IMG/VR virus record: IMGVR_UViG_3300021356_000010
Coordinates: 17,721-81,720 of that record
DNA length: 64,000 bases
Strand: one strand, 5' to 3'
From: a virus
Below are positions 1 to 11,200 of the stretch, piece after piece. The translations under genes and the position numbers were made by a program. Position 1 is the first letter of the stretch. Every line of letters starts with the position of its first letter. The notes below the pieces were generated by a model. That model saw only the letters and a program-made list of their open reading frames with translations, ran no database searches and had not been told where the DNA came from.

Positions 1-269
1 TGAACTCCACCAGATGCTGGGGGAGAAATATTTACGGAAGGTGCGCTAGTATATCCAGAACCGCCAGCGGTGATTTTAATCGTATCAACTCTTTGCCCAG
101 TTCTATTGATACCAACACGAGGCAATCCAGTATTGCTATCAAGTTGAGCACGAAGGATTTCTTTTTCTAACGAGCCTGTACCCGATCGAATGGTAAGTTC
201 GTTATCACCGATGAGTTTGGGTTGAGAACCTCTTACAAACTCTTTATCGGAATTGATATTAAAACTCAT
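1..269 (-). CDS. Tail fibre/structural protein, N-terminal part (runs off the window)
   Basis: ATG at 269 opens MSFNINSDKEFVRGSQPKLIGDNELTIRSG...IKITAGGSGYTSAPSVNISPP with no stop to the window edge; the GGSGYxxAPxV repeat is typical of cyanomyovirus fibres; late promoter upstream. Confidence 0.8.
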   Translation of the reverse strand, partial: MSFNINSDKEFVRGSQPKLIGDNELTIRSGTGSLEKEILRAQLDSNTGLPRVGINRTGQRVDTIKITAGGSGYTSAPSVNISPPASGGV

Positions 270-303
270 GGTGCTGACTACCTGCGCCTACTGTCCTAAC
301 TTA

Positions 304-309
304 TATTTA
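304..309 (-). promoter_or_regulatory. T4-type late promoter core (TAAATA)
   Basis: CTAAATATAA on the minus strand, in the intergenic gap about 35 nt upstream of the ATG at 269. Confidence 0.55.
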
Positions 310-312
310 GCA

Positions 313-813
313 TCACTGCCATGCAATACTTACTACTTGAGTGCTAACAACCCACTTGATAACATTCGTTGTACCAGCTCTTGTGGTAGAGTATGAAAAT
401 CTATTAGTTCCTCCTAGAGGAGATATCTCCCAAGTTTGTCCTGATGGAATATCATCCTTAATAACAGTATTCATACTTGACAAAACAGACACTAAACCAG
501 CATTGTCACAAGTAACAACACTTTCTATCTTTTCAGAATAAACTGTCCCCGAAGGATTGACAGCAATTACATGACCTGTGACAAAATTAAGTGTGTTATT
601 ATCAATTGTAATTTGAGAACCAACTGTATCCAATTGTAATACAGCTGTATTTACTCCCCTCAATATGTAATTGACGGTTTTACTATCTGTAAATTCAGCG
701 TTTTTAATTTCTAAAGTATTGAAATCTTTAGCATTTCTAAGTTCATCAACAACGACAGTTTTATCGATAGAGAATCCACCAACTGAGTCAAATTTATCTT
801 TTGTAGTTGCCAT
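313..813 (-). CDS. Virion structural protein (166 aa)
   Basis: Beta-rich ORF between two fibre genes, with a 2-nt gap to the upstream gene. Confidence 0.75.
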   Translation of the reverse strand: MATTKDKFDSVGGFSIDKTVVVDELRNAKDFNTLEIKNAEFTDSKTVNYILRGVNTAVLQLDTVGSQITIDNNTLNFVTGHVIAVNPSGTVYSEKIESVVTCDNAGLVSVLSSMNTVIKDDIPSGQTWEISPLGGTNRFSYSTTRAGTTNVIKWVVSTQVVSIAWQ

Positions 814-815
814 TT

Positions 816-3800
816 TTATTTCTTAGCGAGTTGTGAAATTACTTTAATATTAACCAAATCATTAGCTGCCACACTTGCATCCAAGTCAATATTAATTCTC
901 ACGATACCTGCTCCTGTCAATTCAATACCAGTTGAAATGAGCTGACCAGATGATCTTACATTTCCATACTCAGTGTGGAATGCATCTGTTCCATTATCTA
1001 TAACAGCATACTCGATAAATTCTCTCTCACCAGTAGTTGCATTGTTAGCAAAAACTGTTACCTTAGAACCCATTGCGACAGAAGTTGCATATAAATCAGC
1101 ACTACCAGAATCGATAGTACCCTTATCCAAGTTAATTGTTTCCGTTACAATCTGATAATCAGCAAGTTCGAAGTCTTTTAGTTCTCCGTCAAAAACTTTA
1201 ACTCCAGAGAAGGTTCCTGTGCCAAAACCAATATTGAAATAAACATCACCTTGATCATCCAAACGTAAGACTGGATCTGTGTTGAGTCCAGAAGAAAGAC
1301 CAAGATCAAAGTATTGTTTTGATGTATGTAAAAATGTAGTATCTACAGCAGTGTTGTCGAGGGTTGTTGTGGCATTATCAAATAGAATTGTGGAAGCAGT
1401 AAATTCTAGGATATTTGAGACAGGACTGCTAATAGAATCAACTCCGCGCATCTCAAGATTTGCGGTAGTCAAATTAACAGTATTGTTACCATCGTTATAG
1501 AAGAACAATGTGTTCTCATTTGCGCCAGGAGCAGTCTCTGGGATGATGTAAGTATTTTGATCAACGTCTTTTACACCACCAAGAGAACCCCAGTTAGTTC
1601 CATCGTAACCTTCATATGTGAAAGTTGTGGTATTGAAACGAATTGATCCCTGAATAGGAATACCTCTTTCAGCAGTTGTTCCTGCTGGAATTGCCAAAGT
1701 TGTATTAGCATCAACTACAACTTTCTTTCCAGTATTTGGTGCTAGGGTCAGATCACTGACATCTGTGGATATAGTGCTGCCTACAAGTCTTAGATCACTG
1801 CTAATGCTTAATGGTACATCTGTATCAGGACCAATTTTTAAAGTGCCGATCTCCTCAAAAGTTAGATCTGCTACAGCAGATGCGGAATACTGTAGAGTTG
1901 CAGTTCCATTTGTAAATGTATTGCCACTTGTATTAGTTGGTGGATCTTGTGTTACGCCAGTTGTTCCAGGAGAAATTACGATATAAATGTCGTGCTTATA
2001 CTTTAGATAATCTCCAGCAACAACAGGAGTATTAGCAGTCCAATTTACATACGCAGGAGCAGTTACATTTACAGATCTTACTTTTTTAACTTCTACAAAT
2101 TCTTGATAGAACGGAGTAAATCTTACAGTGTTGTCACCATCATTATAGAACCATAAAGTATTATCGTTTGCTCCTACTGTTTGTTCTGCTAGAATGTATG
2201 TGTTTCCATCTAGGTCTCTAATACCACCCAAGGAAGACCACGAAGTATTCGTAGCACTATATCCTTCATATTGATTTGTATCTGTGTTGAATCTAATTTG
2301 TCCATCCGCTGCAAATCCTAATGGGGGTCTTGCAGCAGTAGATCCCACTGGAATTGTTAGAGCAGAATTTGCATCTACCTTTACAACTTTTGTTGCATCT
2401 GGAGTTAGAAGTAGATCATCACCTGATCCAACTACGGAAATATTATTATCTACAATAGAAAGAATATTATTTACGTTTAGTTCGTTAGTAGTTTTTAATA
2501 CTCCAGTGGTAGTAACATTTCCTGTTAGTGGAACAACTGTGAGTGTAGTGCCATTGACACCACCAACGTAAATATATCCTGCATCAATATTTAAATTCCC
2601 TAGTGGAGAAGATACTGATATATTATTAGTAGAATTTGGAAGAATATTATCTGCTTCTAAATTTGTAAATGTTCCTAAAGGAGAGGTTACAGATGTATTT
2701 CCAGTTACGGTGTCTGCTGTTACCGTTGTAGATGTAACAGATCCAGTTACAGATAATGCACCAGTATTACTTATGGTAATTGGAATTGTACTATCAATAT
2801 CAGTAACTGCAATAGAAGCTTCTATTTCGTTACCAGACAGTCCTGCTGGGTTTGCTACAAGAGCAGTTCTATCTAATTGAAGTACATCACCTGTATAGTA
2901 ATTTCTACCAGGATTTGTAATTGTAATACTTTCTAGAGTTCCCTCTTTGGTAATCTCAAACTCAAATCCATCATCTCCACCATAATTACCTGGATCTGGT
3001 GGTAGTCTTAAAATATCTCCTACTACATATCCAGTTCCTCTATTGACAAATACAATATCGGAAATTGCTCTTCGGTTTGAGATTCTATATTCAAAACCAG
3101 ATCCGCTATTTCCTGTAATGGAATTATTGAAAGAAAGAATATCTCCTTCTACGTATCCAGTACCTTCTGTTGTAATTGTTACAGTAGTAACTGTACCAAC
3201 AATTGTGACAGACGTGTATGCTACTAATGCTCCAGATCCAGTTCCACCAAGATATGAGTTATCTACAGTTACTTGGTCTCCTGACTTCCAATTTGTTCCG
3301 CGAGTTGCTATATCCCAAGAAATAATTGAACCGCCAGATACTTCTACATTTGCGGTTTGATCAAAAATATATTGCCCAATAGCTGGAGTAGCAGATATTG
3401 CAAAAACAATACTTCTTCCATCTGGACCAGTGCTTGGCGTAAGTCCTAATCCAGTAATAGATTGATTTACAACTTCTGGTGTTATGATTAGCAGTGAATA
3501 TGCACCAGCAAGTCCAGGAGTACCATAATTCTTTAGTCTGACAATTGTATTGTCTAGTGTTACTCCAAAATCATCAGTAAGAGCAATGTCATATCCACTA
3601 TTTGATGCATCTGAAGTATCTAATAAAATAGTTTGGGAATAATCAACAGATGTATTGAGTGCTGTGGTATCAGTACCATTCAGCAAGTATTGATACTTAT
3701 CTGTAACTGCTGCTTTTACAATTCCATATGCACCAGCAGCAGAAATTTCTTCGCCAACTGTAAATGTTCCAGTTACTGATGAAAAATAAAGTGCTCCAAG

Positions 3801-5027
3801 TTGATCACTAAAATTAACAACCGTGCCACTTCCACTTGCACCAACAATAGTATCTCCAACAGCAAATGAGTTTCCTGTGTTAGTTCCAATGGTGATGGTG
3901 CCAGTCATCGAACCATGGTTTCCACAGACATAGTAATAAGTTCCAGCAAAAACTTCACTGGTATCAAAAATAATAGTACCACTGTCAGTACCATTGTTTG
4001 TTACACCATCAGCAGCAATTAAAACATTTGCTGGATCATATGGTCCTGCTACTGATTGTAAGTAGAATGGATGCCCTGGTGCGTTAATATTGAATACTAA
4101 ATAATCTCCCTCTTCGGCAGTAATAGCAACATTATTTCCAGACGTTGCTCCAGCAAAAACAAAATTTGTATTTGCTCCGTCGTCAGTTACGTTCCACTCG
4201 TAACGTCTTCCGTATGTAAATAATAACTCTTTTCTTTGAGCAACTGTTAGGTTGATAGTCTGTGTTGGAACGTTATCAACAGGAACACTTGAATATGTGC
4301 CATCAACATAACCAGTACCAGCATTAGAGATAGTAGAATTAAATGTAATACTACCAGTTACTTCAATGTCTGCTACCTTACCGTTTCCAACTCCACCATC
4401 CAGTGCTACATTAGTGTAAGTGCCTGGAAAATATTCGGTTCCACCATTCTGGATAATTCCCTTAGTTGCTACTTCTGTAGTTACGATTTGGAAGTCAATT
4501 GCTGCATTACTTCCTGTTCCACCACCCAGAGGAATGTTTGAGTATGTACCAGTTACATACTCATCAACATTACTGTTTGTAGTTTCTTGACCATTATATT
4601 CTGCGATGACAACAGTTGCTTGAGCTCCTACTCCACTACCACCAAACAAAGCAACGTTGGGGTAAGTTCCTACATCATATTCAGATCCAGTCTCTGTAAC
4701 GCTGAGATACGTATCATCTAGAAAGTTATTCCTTACGAATAAATCATTCTCAAAATATGTACCATAATCATTATATGTAAATGCCAATCTATCGTTGCTA
4801 ACAAATCCGATAGTATTAGAATTATTTTTGTATAAACCTAATTTATTGTCAGACTGAAAGGTCAGTGCTGGAGCAGATTTTGTACCATCTTGTAGAGAAA
4901 CTCCTGCTGGAGAAATTGTAGCACCACCCGATCCTCCAGTGAGATCAAATAGATCCTCTGCGATTTCGTTGATTTTGACCCTTTGTTGCTCAAAGGTGTC
5001 AGTTCTGGCGACATTAATTGCTGGCAT
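816..5027 (-). CDS. Large baseplate/tail-fibre structural protein (1403 aa) with a cupredoxin-like domain and duplicated GxIRFNT..EGY..W modules
   Basis: N-terminus MPAINVARTDTFEQQRVKIN; many GxGY/GGxGxGA fibre repeats; GHPF...YYYVCGNHGSMTG; two IPxGxTAxR..GxIRFNT..EGY..WxSLGG repeats. Confidence 0.85.
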   Translation of the reverse strand: MPAINVARTDTFEQQRVKINEIAEDLFDLTGGSGGATISPAGVSLQDGTKSAPALTFQSDNKLGLYKNNSNTIGFVSNDRLAFTYNDYGTYFENDLFVRNNFLDDTYLSVTETGSEYDVGTYPNVALFGGSGVGAQATVVIAEYNGQETTNSNVDEYVTGTYSNIPLGGGTGSNAAIDFQIVTTEVATKGIIQNGGTEYFPGTYTNVALDGGVGNGKVADIEVTGSITFNSTISNAGTGYVDGTYSSVPVDNVPTQTINLTVAQRKELLFTYGRRYEWNVTDDGANTNFVFAGATSGNNVAITAEEGDYLVFNINAPGHPFYLQSVAGPYDPANVLIAADGVTNNGTDSGTIIFDTSEVFAGTYYYVCGNHGSMTGTITIGTNTGNSFAVGDTIVGASGSGTVVNFSDQLGALYFSSVTGTFTVGEEISAAGAYGIVKAAVTDKYQYLLNGTDTTALNTSVDYSQTILLDTSDASNSGYDIALTDDFGVTLDNTIVRLKNYGTPGLAGAYSLLIITPEVVNQSITGLGLTPSTGPDGRSIVFAISATPAIGQYIFDQTANVEVSGGSIISWDIATRGTNWKSGDQVTVDNSYLGGTGSGALVAYTSVTIVGTVTTVTITTEGTGYVEGDILSFNNSITGNSGSGFEYRISNRRAISDIVFVNRGTGYVVGDILRLPPDPGNYGGDDGFEFEITKEGTLESITITNPGRNYYTGDVLQLDRTALVANPAGLSGNEIEASIAVTDIDSTIPITISNTGALSVTGSVTSTTVTADTVTGNTSVTSPLGTFTNLEADNILPNSTNNISVSSPLGNLNIDAGYIYVGGVNGTTLTVVPLTGNVTTTGVLKTTNELNVNNILSIVDNNISVVGSGDDLLLTPDATKVVKVDANSALTIPVGSTAARPPLGFAADGQIRFNTDTNQYEGYSATNTSWSSLGGIRDLDGNTYILAEQTVGANDNTLWFYNDGDNTVRFTPFYQEFVEVKKVRSVNVTAPAYVNWTANTPVVAGDYLKYKHDIYIVISPGTTGVTQDPPTNTSGNTFTNGTATLQYSASAVADLTFEEIGTLKIGPDTDVPLSISSDLRLVGSTISTDVSDLTLAPNTGKKVVVDANTTLAIPAGTTAERGIPIQGSIRFNTTTFTYEGYDGTNWGSLGGVKDVDQNTYIIPETAPGANENTLFFYNDGNNTVNLTTANLEMRGVDSISSPVSNILEFTASTILFDNATTTLDNTAVDTTFLHTSKQYFDLGLSSGLNTDPVLRLDDQGDVYFNIGFGTGTFSGVKVFDGELKDFELADYQIVTETINLDKGTIDSGSADLYATSVAMGSKVTVFANNATTGEREFIEYAVIDNGTDAFHTEYGNVRSSGQLISTGIELTGAGIVRINIDLDASVAANDLVNIKVISQLAKK

Positions 5028-5220
5028 TTTTGATTAACTCTCGCAGTAAGGCTTTGATTTCAGATACTTCATCCTTCAAGTTATTTATGTCATCCAACGC
5101 GGAATTCAACTGTTTTTGTTTACGTCTCGCTTGGATAGCAGAATCGTCGCGATTCAAGATGGCACCTGTGGTCTCGTCTCTGACAAGACCATCATGCCCC
5201 GACACTTTGATATATGACAT
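5014..5220 (-). CDS. Small coiled-coil protein (68 aa)
   Basis: MSYIKVSGHDGLVRDETTGAILN followed by a coiled coil; sits between VrlC and the fibre gene as recalled for cyanomyoviruses. Confidence 0.75.
   Translation of the reverse strand: MSYIKVSGHDGLVRDETTGAILNRDDSAIQARRKQKQLNSALDDINNLKDEVSEIKALLRELIKNASN
5082..5088 (-). promoter_or_regulatory. Putative late promoter (ATAAATA)
   Basis: CATAAATAAC about 55 nt upstream of the ATG at 5027. Confidence 0.45.
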
Positions 5221-5229
5221 ACGCGGAAA

Positions 5230-8200
5230 TTAGAACGATGCAACAACTCGGATATCTTGAATTTTTGGAACGAATGCAGGATCTACTCCCTTCATAACTA
5301 CCTTCACTGCAAAAGATGAAAACTCTGGTAGGTCAGAAACACTGAATGCAAGTTCTTGATATGAACTTTGCTTTTCTACAATTGAAGAAATTGTATTTTC
5401 AGGGTTTGCAATTTCTAAAGTATCAGGAGATCCATCTACATTGAAATACTGCCAATCAATATCGTCAAAGTTTTCTTGACTCGATGCTTTCTTGAACTTG
5501 TACAAGACAGCAACATTAGATACATCCTTAAGGTTAGCAGTCAATCTAACATCAATCGTTGTAGCAGGACTTGAAATAGATACTTCCTTGGTAACATACT
5601 TAGCAACCGAAGAACTATTCTTAGAAGTATTTTCTGCTACAAACTCAACACCATTGGTGTATGATACAGTGGAGATTTCTAGGAAAGATGCTTCATCATC
5701 TGGTTGATCAGGATACTTAACAAAATCTCCAACACGGAAGATATCAGCAACTTGAGCATTTACAACAGCATTTCTATTGAATAGAACGTTGTCGATAATT
5801 CTTCCGTTGTAATCATCATTGATAGGTCTAGCATCATTTCTTACAGTTAGTTCCTGTGTCTTATTATTCCAGATAACTGCTCTACCAGTAATGATATTTT
5901 CATATGTTTCTAGAATGATAGATGGATTTCTAGCAACAATTACAGATGCATCATTAATGCTGGTAATTATTTGAGTCAAAGCACTATCAACAGTGACACC
6001 AGATAGTGAGAGTTGATTTCCTAGATCAACTTCCTCACCTTTCTCGAAGATCTGAGAAGTTTTGATTCTAACAAAAACTGTAGATCCGTCAATCTTAGCA
6101 ATAGTTCCAGCAGCTTTTGAAGTCTTGCCTTTAATTGTTTGATTGCTCTGAATCTCTGTATTTTGATTTCCAGTCAAGGTGAAACTGTAGATAGGATAGA
6201 AGGAAACAACTTGATTTCTTCTTCCATAGCGATCTTCAGTTCCAGAACCATTCTCAATTCTATTGCTTATTGTCTTAACAGAACAAGAAGATAGATCGAC
6301 AAGTGGTGAAAGATATGAGACAGTAGATGATAGAGACAACTTGTATTCTAAAGATGTATCAAGACTATTAAGAGTCTCATTGATCTCAGAAGTAACCATC
6401 TTCTGGTTTGTGAAATAATGTGGTTCATTCAAGAATGTCTTTTCATAATCTGTCTGAGAATATGATGTATAATTTGTAGTAGTAGAATCTACAGGAACTA
6501 CATTTGTAGTTTTAACAGTAGATTCTAATGTGGTTCCAGTGAATGACAGATAATGAACTTGTGGATATAGAGTTTCAAATTTTCTATTGTAAGTTGCAAA
6601 AACATCGGAACCACCACCAACAGCATTGCCAGCAGACTGGTTTGTTGATCTAATAGTATAAGTATCGATACCAGAATTATCAACCTGGAACAATACACTG
6701 TTCAGTGTTTCTGCAGTGATACCAGCAGTTTCTTGTGCTCCTCTGTAGAATACATAAGAATTTCCACGATCCTCAAATCCATTATCTCTATGCGCGACTT
6801 TCACGATAGAATTGTTGTTGCCAAACAATAGAGAAGTTGCATTTGTGTTGGAAGATGCATCTGTCTTGAATGGATTAATATCTAGTTTCTCATAACCTAA
6901 CTTCTCATTAGTAAGAACAAGTTCTGCTGGTCTTGTAATACTAAACTCTGCTCTGTATAGAGTGAATTTAATATCTTCAAAGATGTCTTCTGTCCAAGTA
7001 TCAATATTTTGTGATCTATAGACAGAACCTAGAGATGGTTGTGTGGTAATAATTGTATTCGTAGCTACATCAGTTTCCCCTAGACGAGAAGCCCAAATAG
7101 CGTAATCAACAGAATCCGTTTCTACTGCTAGTGCATACTCAGTATCATTTTGCAAATAGATTGGATTATCAAATGCAAAGTAGGTTGGAGTAGAAGACTC
7201 AATTGCACCTGAAACCTCAACGTCATCAATTGCAACACCCATTCTAACTGCTGGGGTATCAATATCAATAAACGTTTCTACTTGACATCCTCCTGCCCCA
7301 TTTCCGATGCCTTTAATTACAACAGCAGGTGGTTCTGTGTATCCAAAACCATTGAGGACTACTTCTGCATTATAGATCTTGCCGTCTGAAACATCGATTC
7401 TTGCAGTAGCTACTGATCCTCCTGGAATTTGAGGACTTTCAATTGTCAAGATAGCACTATCGTAATTTGCTCCTGGGTTCGTGATTTTTATGTTAGAAAC
7501 CTTACCACTGTCTTTAGCGATACTTACTGTGAAGTTAGTTCCGTTTGTATTATTAGCAGTGGTGACAGAACCGATTGTTAGATTTTCATTCTGTTGGAAA
7601 GATCTTCCATTATGATTACTCAACACTAGAGTATATACTTGCTCATTTGTTATTGCAATCTTTCCAGTTGATGATGGAATTAATTCAACACCATTCTTGT
7701 CAATGATCTTCTTGATAGGACCACTTGCTGCAGAACTAGATCCAATTACAGACTCACCAACATCAACTGTTACCGTTCCAGTAGTGAAGATTTTCAAATA
7801 CGTATCTGGAGTTAGAGTCTTCTCAGTTCCAGGTACAATATTTTTTCCTGGTTTGTCACCTTCTACATCAGTCAAATATACTTTAACTGGAATGTTAGAA
7901 CTCTTCTTATTAAAGAATAGATCAATACCAGTTACAAACAATCCACCATCATAGTTTTCAACTTTAAATGTTTGTGCTAGTGGGTTTGGTCTGATTGGAT
8001 TTTCTGTATTATTATCAACTATCTGAACACCCTCATTTGCCTTGAAGTATGCTGGTTTTGTTGATACGATACCTGAAGGATTCTGTGGTAGAACTCCAGT
8101 AGCATAGAATTTAACTTCTGCATATGTATCGACATTATTTTTGTTTTCATCAGTAGCACTAGATGTAAATCTAATTGTTTTTACACCTGCTGTTACTCTT

Positions 8201-11200
8201 ACTTCCTCGAATGAAGAATCATAATCAACGGTAGCAACATCTCCAGTCCAAGTAGAGTTTTCTCTTGGTGGATGTCCTGCAGGAACTAGAATCAAACCAC
8301 TGGCATTACCATTCTCGTCAGTAACAATATCACCATTAAATGCTGATAGGGAGTTTGTTGCAGTTCCAGTAAATCTAAAGTCTGGATTAACCCATCTGTC
8401 AATATTTCTTCCTTCTAAGAATACAGAAACTTTAGTATTTGGTTTTAATCTTCTAAGGACAAATCTAACTGGAATGCTTCTAGCAAAGAACTGAAGAGAA
8501 TCGGAAACAATACTGTTACCAACAGTCTTAGATTGGACTCCTTTAGCAACCTCATTGTTTTGTGGATTGACATTAGAAGAACTGCCAATAGACGCCATGC
8601 TTACAGTTGCATTTGCTTCTAGAGTATTGATTTCTCCAAGAGAAACAATTGAAGTGAAACTTGAAGAAGTTCCTACCCAGTTGATAGCAAATGAATTGAA
8701 TAGACTGGAGAATGAATCTCTAATATTTTCTTTTGCAATAAAGATGTTGTAGAGACTTGTATTGGTATTTACAATTAGAGGTTCTACAGTATCATCATAC
8801 CACTGATCAATAGATGGATTGATGGAAGCATCACCAACATATTGAATGACAACAAATGGATTTGGATTTAGAGTCTTGGAAGCAAAATTGTTACCAAGTA
8901 GAGATAGTGATGTATATGGAAGAGTAACTACATTGCCAGTCTTCTGATAACCAGCAACTGTTCTTTGATCTTCTCTTGTATTGACTTCTCTCAATGCTAG
9001 AGAGTCCTCCTTAGACTGAGGTCTAAGAACAGACTGCTGACTGTCAATAGAGCATAAGTAGTCTGCTGAGGAAATATTACCAACTCTATGCTCTTCAAAG
9101 TTATCGACTAAGAATCCGCTCTTGAATCTATCCAATCCAATGCTATCTTTAACTTGCATGTTGAGAGCTTGTTGCTCAAGAATGCTAAGTGTTGTATAAT
9201 ACTCAAGACGCTCAATACGCTTCTCCAATTTACCGATGTCACGCATCGTGTAACGACGGTTATCAACTGGAGTAATTCTTACATTCTTACTCGAAGATGT
9301 GTAAGCAGGGATGTAAGCATAGAAGAGAGGAATTGCATCTTCAATTGGATCTGGTTTGGTTGGGTTGAGAGATGAGTTACCTTCTTTGACGATAAACTCA
9401 CCCTTCTTATTCAAGAACACTCCATCAATACGATCAAGGTATTGAATTTGACTAAAGGAGAATGTGTATTCGAGATTTTTATCTGGAGCAGGGGTGCTAG
9501 CAATAACAGAACCAGGACCAGAGAACTGACCAGTTGTTACAGATAAAGAAGACTGATCTTGGAATCCTGGAATGATTGCATTGCTATCAACTTTTGGTCT
9601 AAAGTCTATAACATTTTTCAATTCTAGGTTTCCATGGACAGCAGAATTAAATCCAGGAATTTCATCTTCTGTTACACCAGCTTCGTGAAGATAACTGTCG
9701 ATTGTACAGAAGTCTCCCTGAGAGTGCTCGAAGTAATCAAAAGAGATTACCAATTGACCAGAGGTAGCTTCAAATCCTGGTTTTAGAACAATTCTTGAGA
9801 CATCTAGAATAGTATCTCTCTGTCCATTATCAAATGTAAATCTATCAGTAACATCGGTTCCAGAAATCAAGTTACCAGCACTGTCGATAGTTGGTGCTTG
9901 AGATGCAGTTCCCTCATAGACAAAGTTCAACTTGTATGCATCAGAATAAGTCAGAATTTCTACGACCTCACTGTCGTAGTCTGTTCCTCTGAAAGGAATT
10001 ACTCTGTCACCAGATGCACTAATAACAATTCTCTTATTTTCTACAGAAGTCTTTAGTCTTGGTTTTGCGTTGGTAACTTCAATAGTTGATGAAAGTTTTA
10101 GTTTAGGGAATGTTCCGTTGGTAGGAATAGTTCCAAAATATGTTGATGGTAACTGAAGACTAATACTACCAGATGTAAGACCACTAGCAGTATCAGTAGC
10201 GGAAGTAATTTCTACGCTATCAGTAGGAACATAAACAATATCTCCAACTGTCAAGTCTGGTGCATCACCTGGATCTAAGACAGTAATAATATAGTTATCT
10301 TCATTGAAAGCAACAAATCTCTGAGTACCGAATGGCAACTGAGCTGCAAACGTAATGGTTCCACCACCAGAAGATGCAGTTGTTACAAAGTCTCTTCTGA
10401 AGTAATACTTAATCTTGGTGTCATCACCACCAGCAGAAATTTGTTCTACTTGCTTGCTACCAGTTGGGAAGACTAGAGTTCCTGCATTTGGATTCTGTAC
10501 CTTAGGTCTTAGTCTAACAATACTTGTGTTTGTTACATCTCCTGGTAGAGCAATATCTAGATATACTCTGGTCTTGGATGGTCCAGACTGCTCAGTTGCA
10601 TACTGTACAACTGCTCTAACGAGATTGTTATCGACATCAGAAAATTGAACAAGGTCTCCCTGCTGTAGAACACCGCTAGCGTCTGCACTGAAACTTGTGG
10701 ATTCGATAAACTTATAACCTTTTGATCCAAAGAAAGTAAAATCAGTAACCGATTTAATTTCAGAATAAGTTTGACTATCTACTACTAAATCTGCTGTGAA
10801 TGTATTTGCATTTCCAGATCCGTATTGGCAACCAATTGATTTTACATTCTGTGGTGTGTATGTTGTAACTGCATTTCTAACCAGAACTGGAACAATTGCA
10901 GCTGCTGTTTGTGGTTGTGCAACTCCCTCTGCCTGCAATGCAGTTACTGCTGGTGGTTGTGCGTATTCAATATTAACAGAATTTCTATCTTTGATTTCTA
11001 CTTTATAAATTTTGCCTGTTGCATCTTCTCCAGCAATCGAGAGTTGAATCTTAGATGAATCATACTCAACTCCATTGATTAACAGAGTCGATAGTGAAGA
11101 ATAACCAAGACCTCTGTTCTGAACAACAAAGTGTGAAATAGTATTATTTGTCGCAATCTTGAGAGTATTTCCAGCTTCATCTCTAATTGTTTCACCAGAA

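Noticed and set aside
1480-2420. Duplicated GxIRFNT..EGY..WxSLGG module
   Set aside because: Real, but a commonplace phage fibre repeat.
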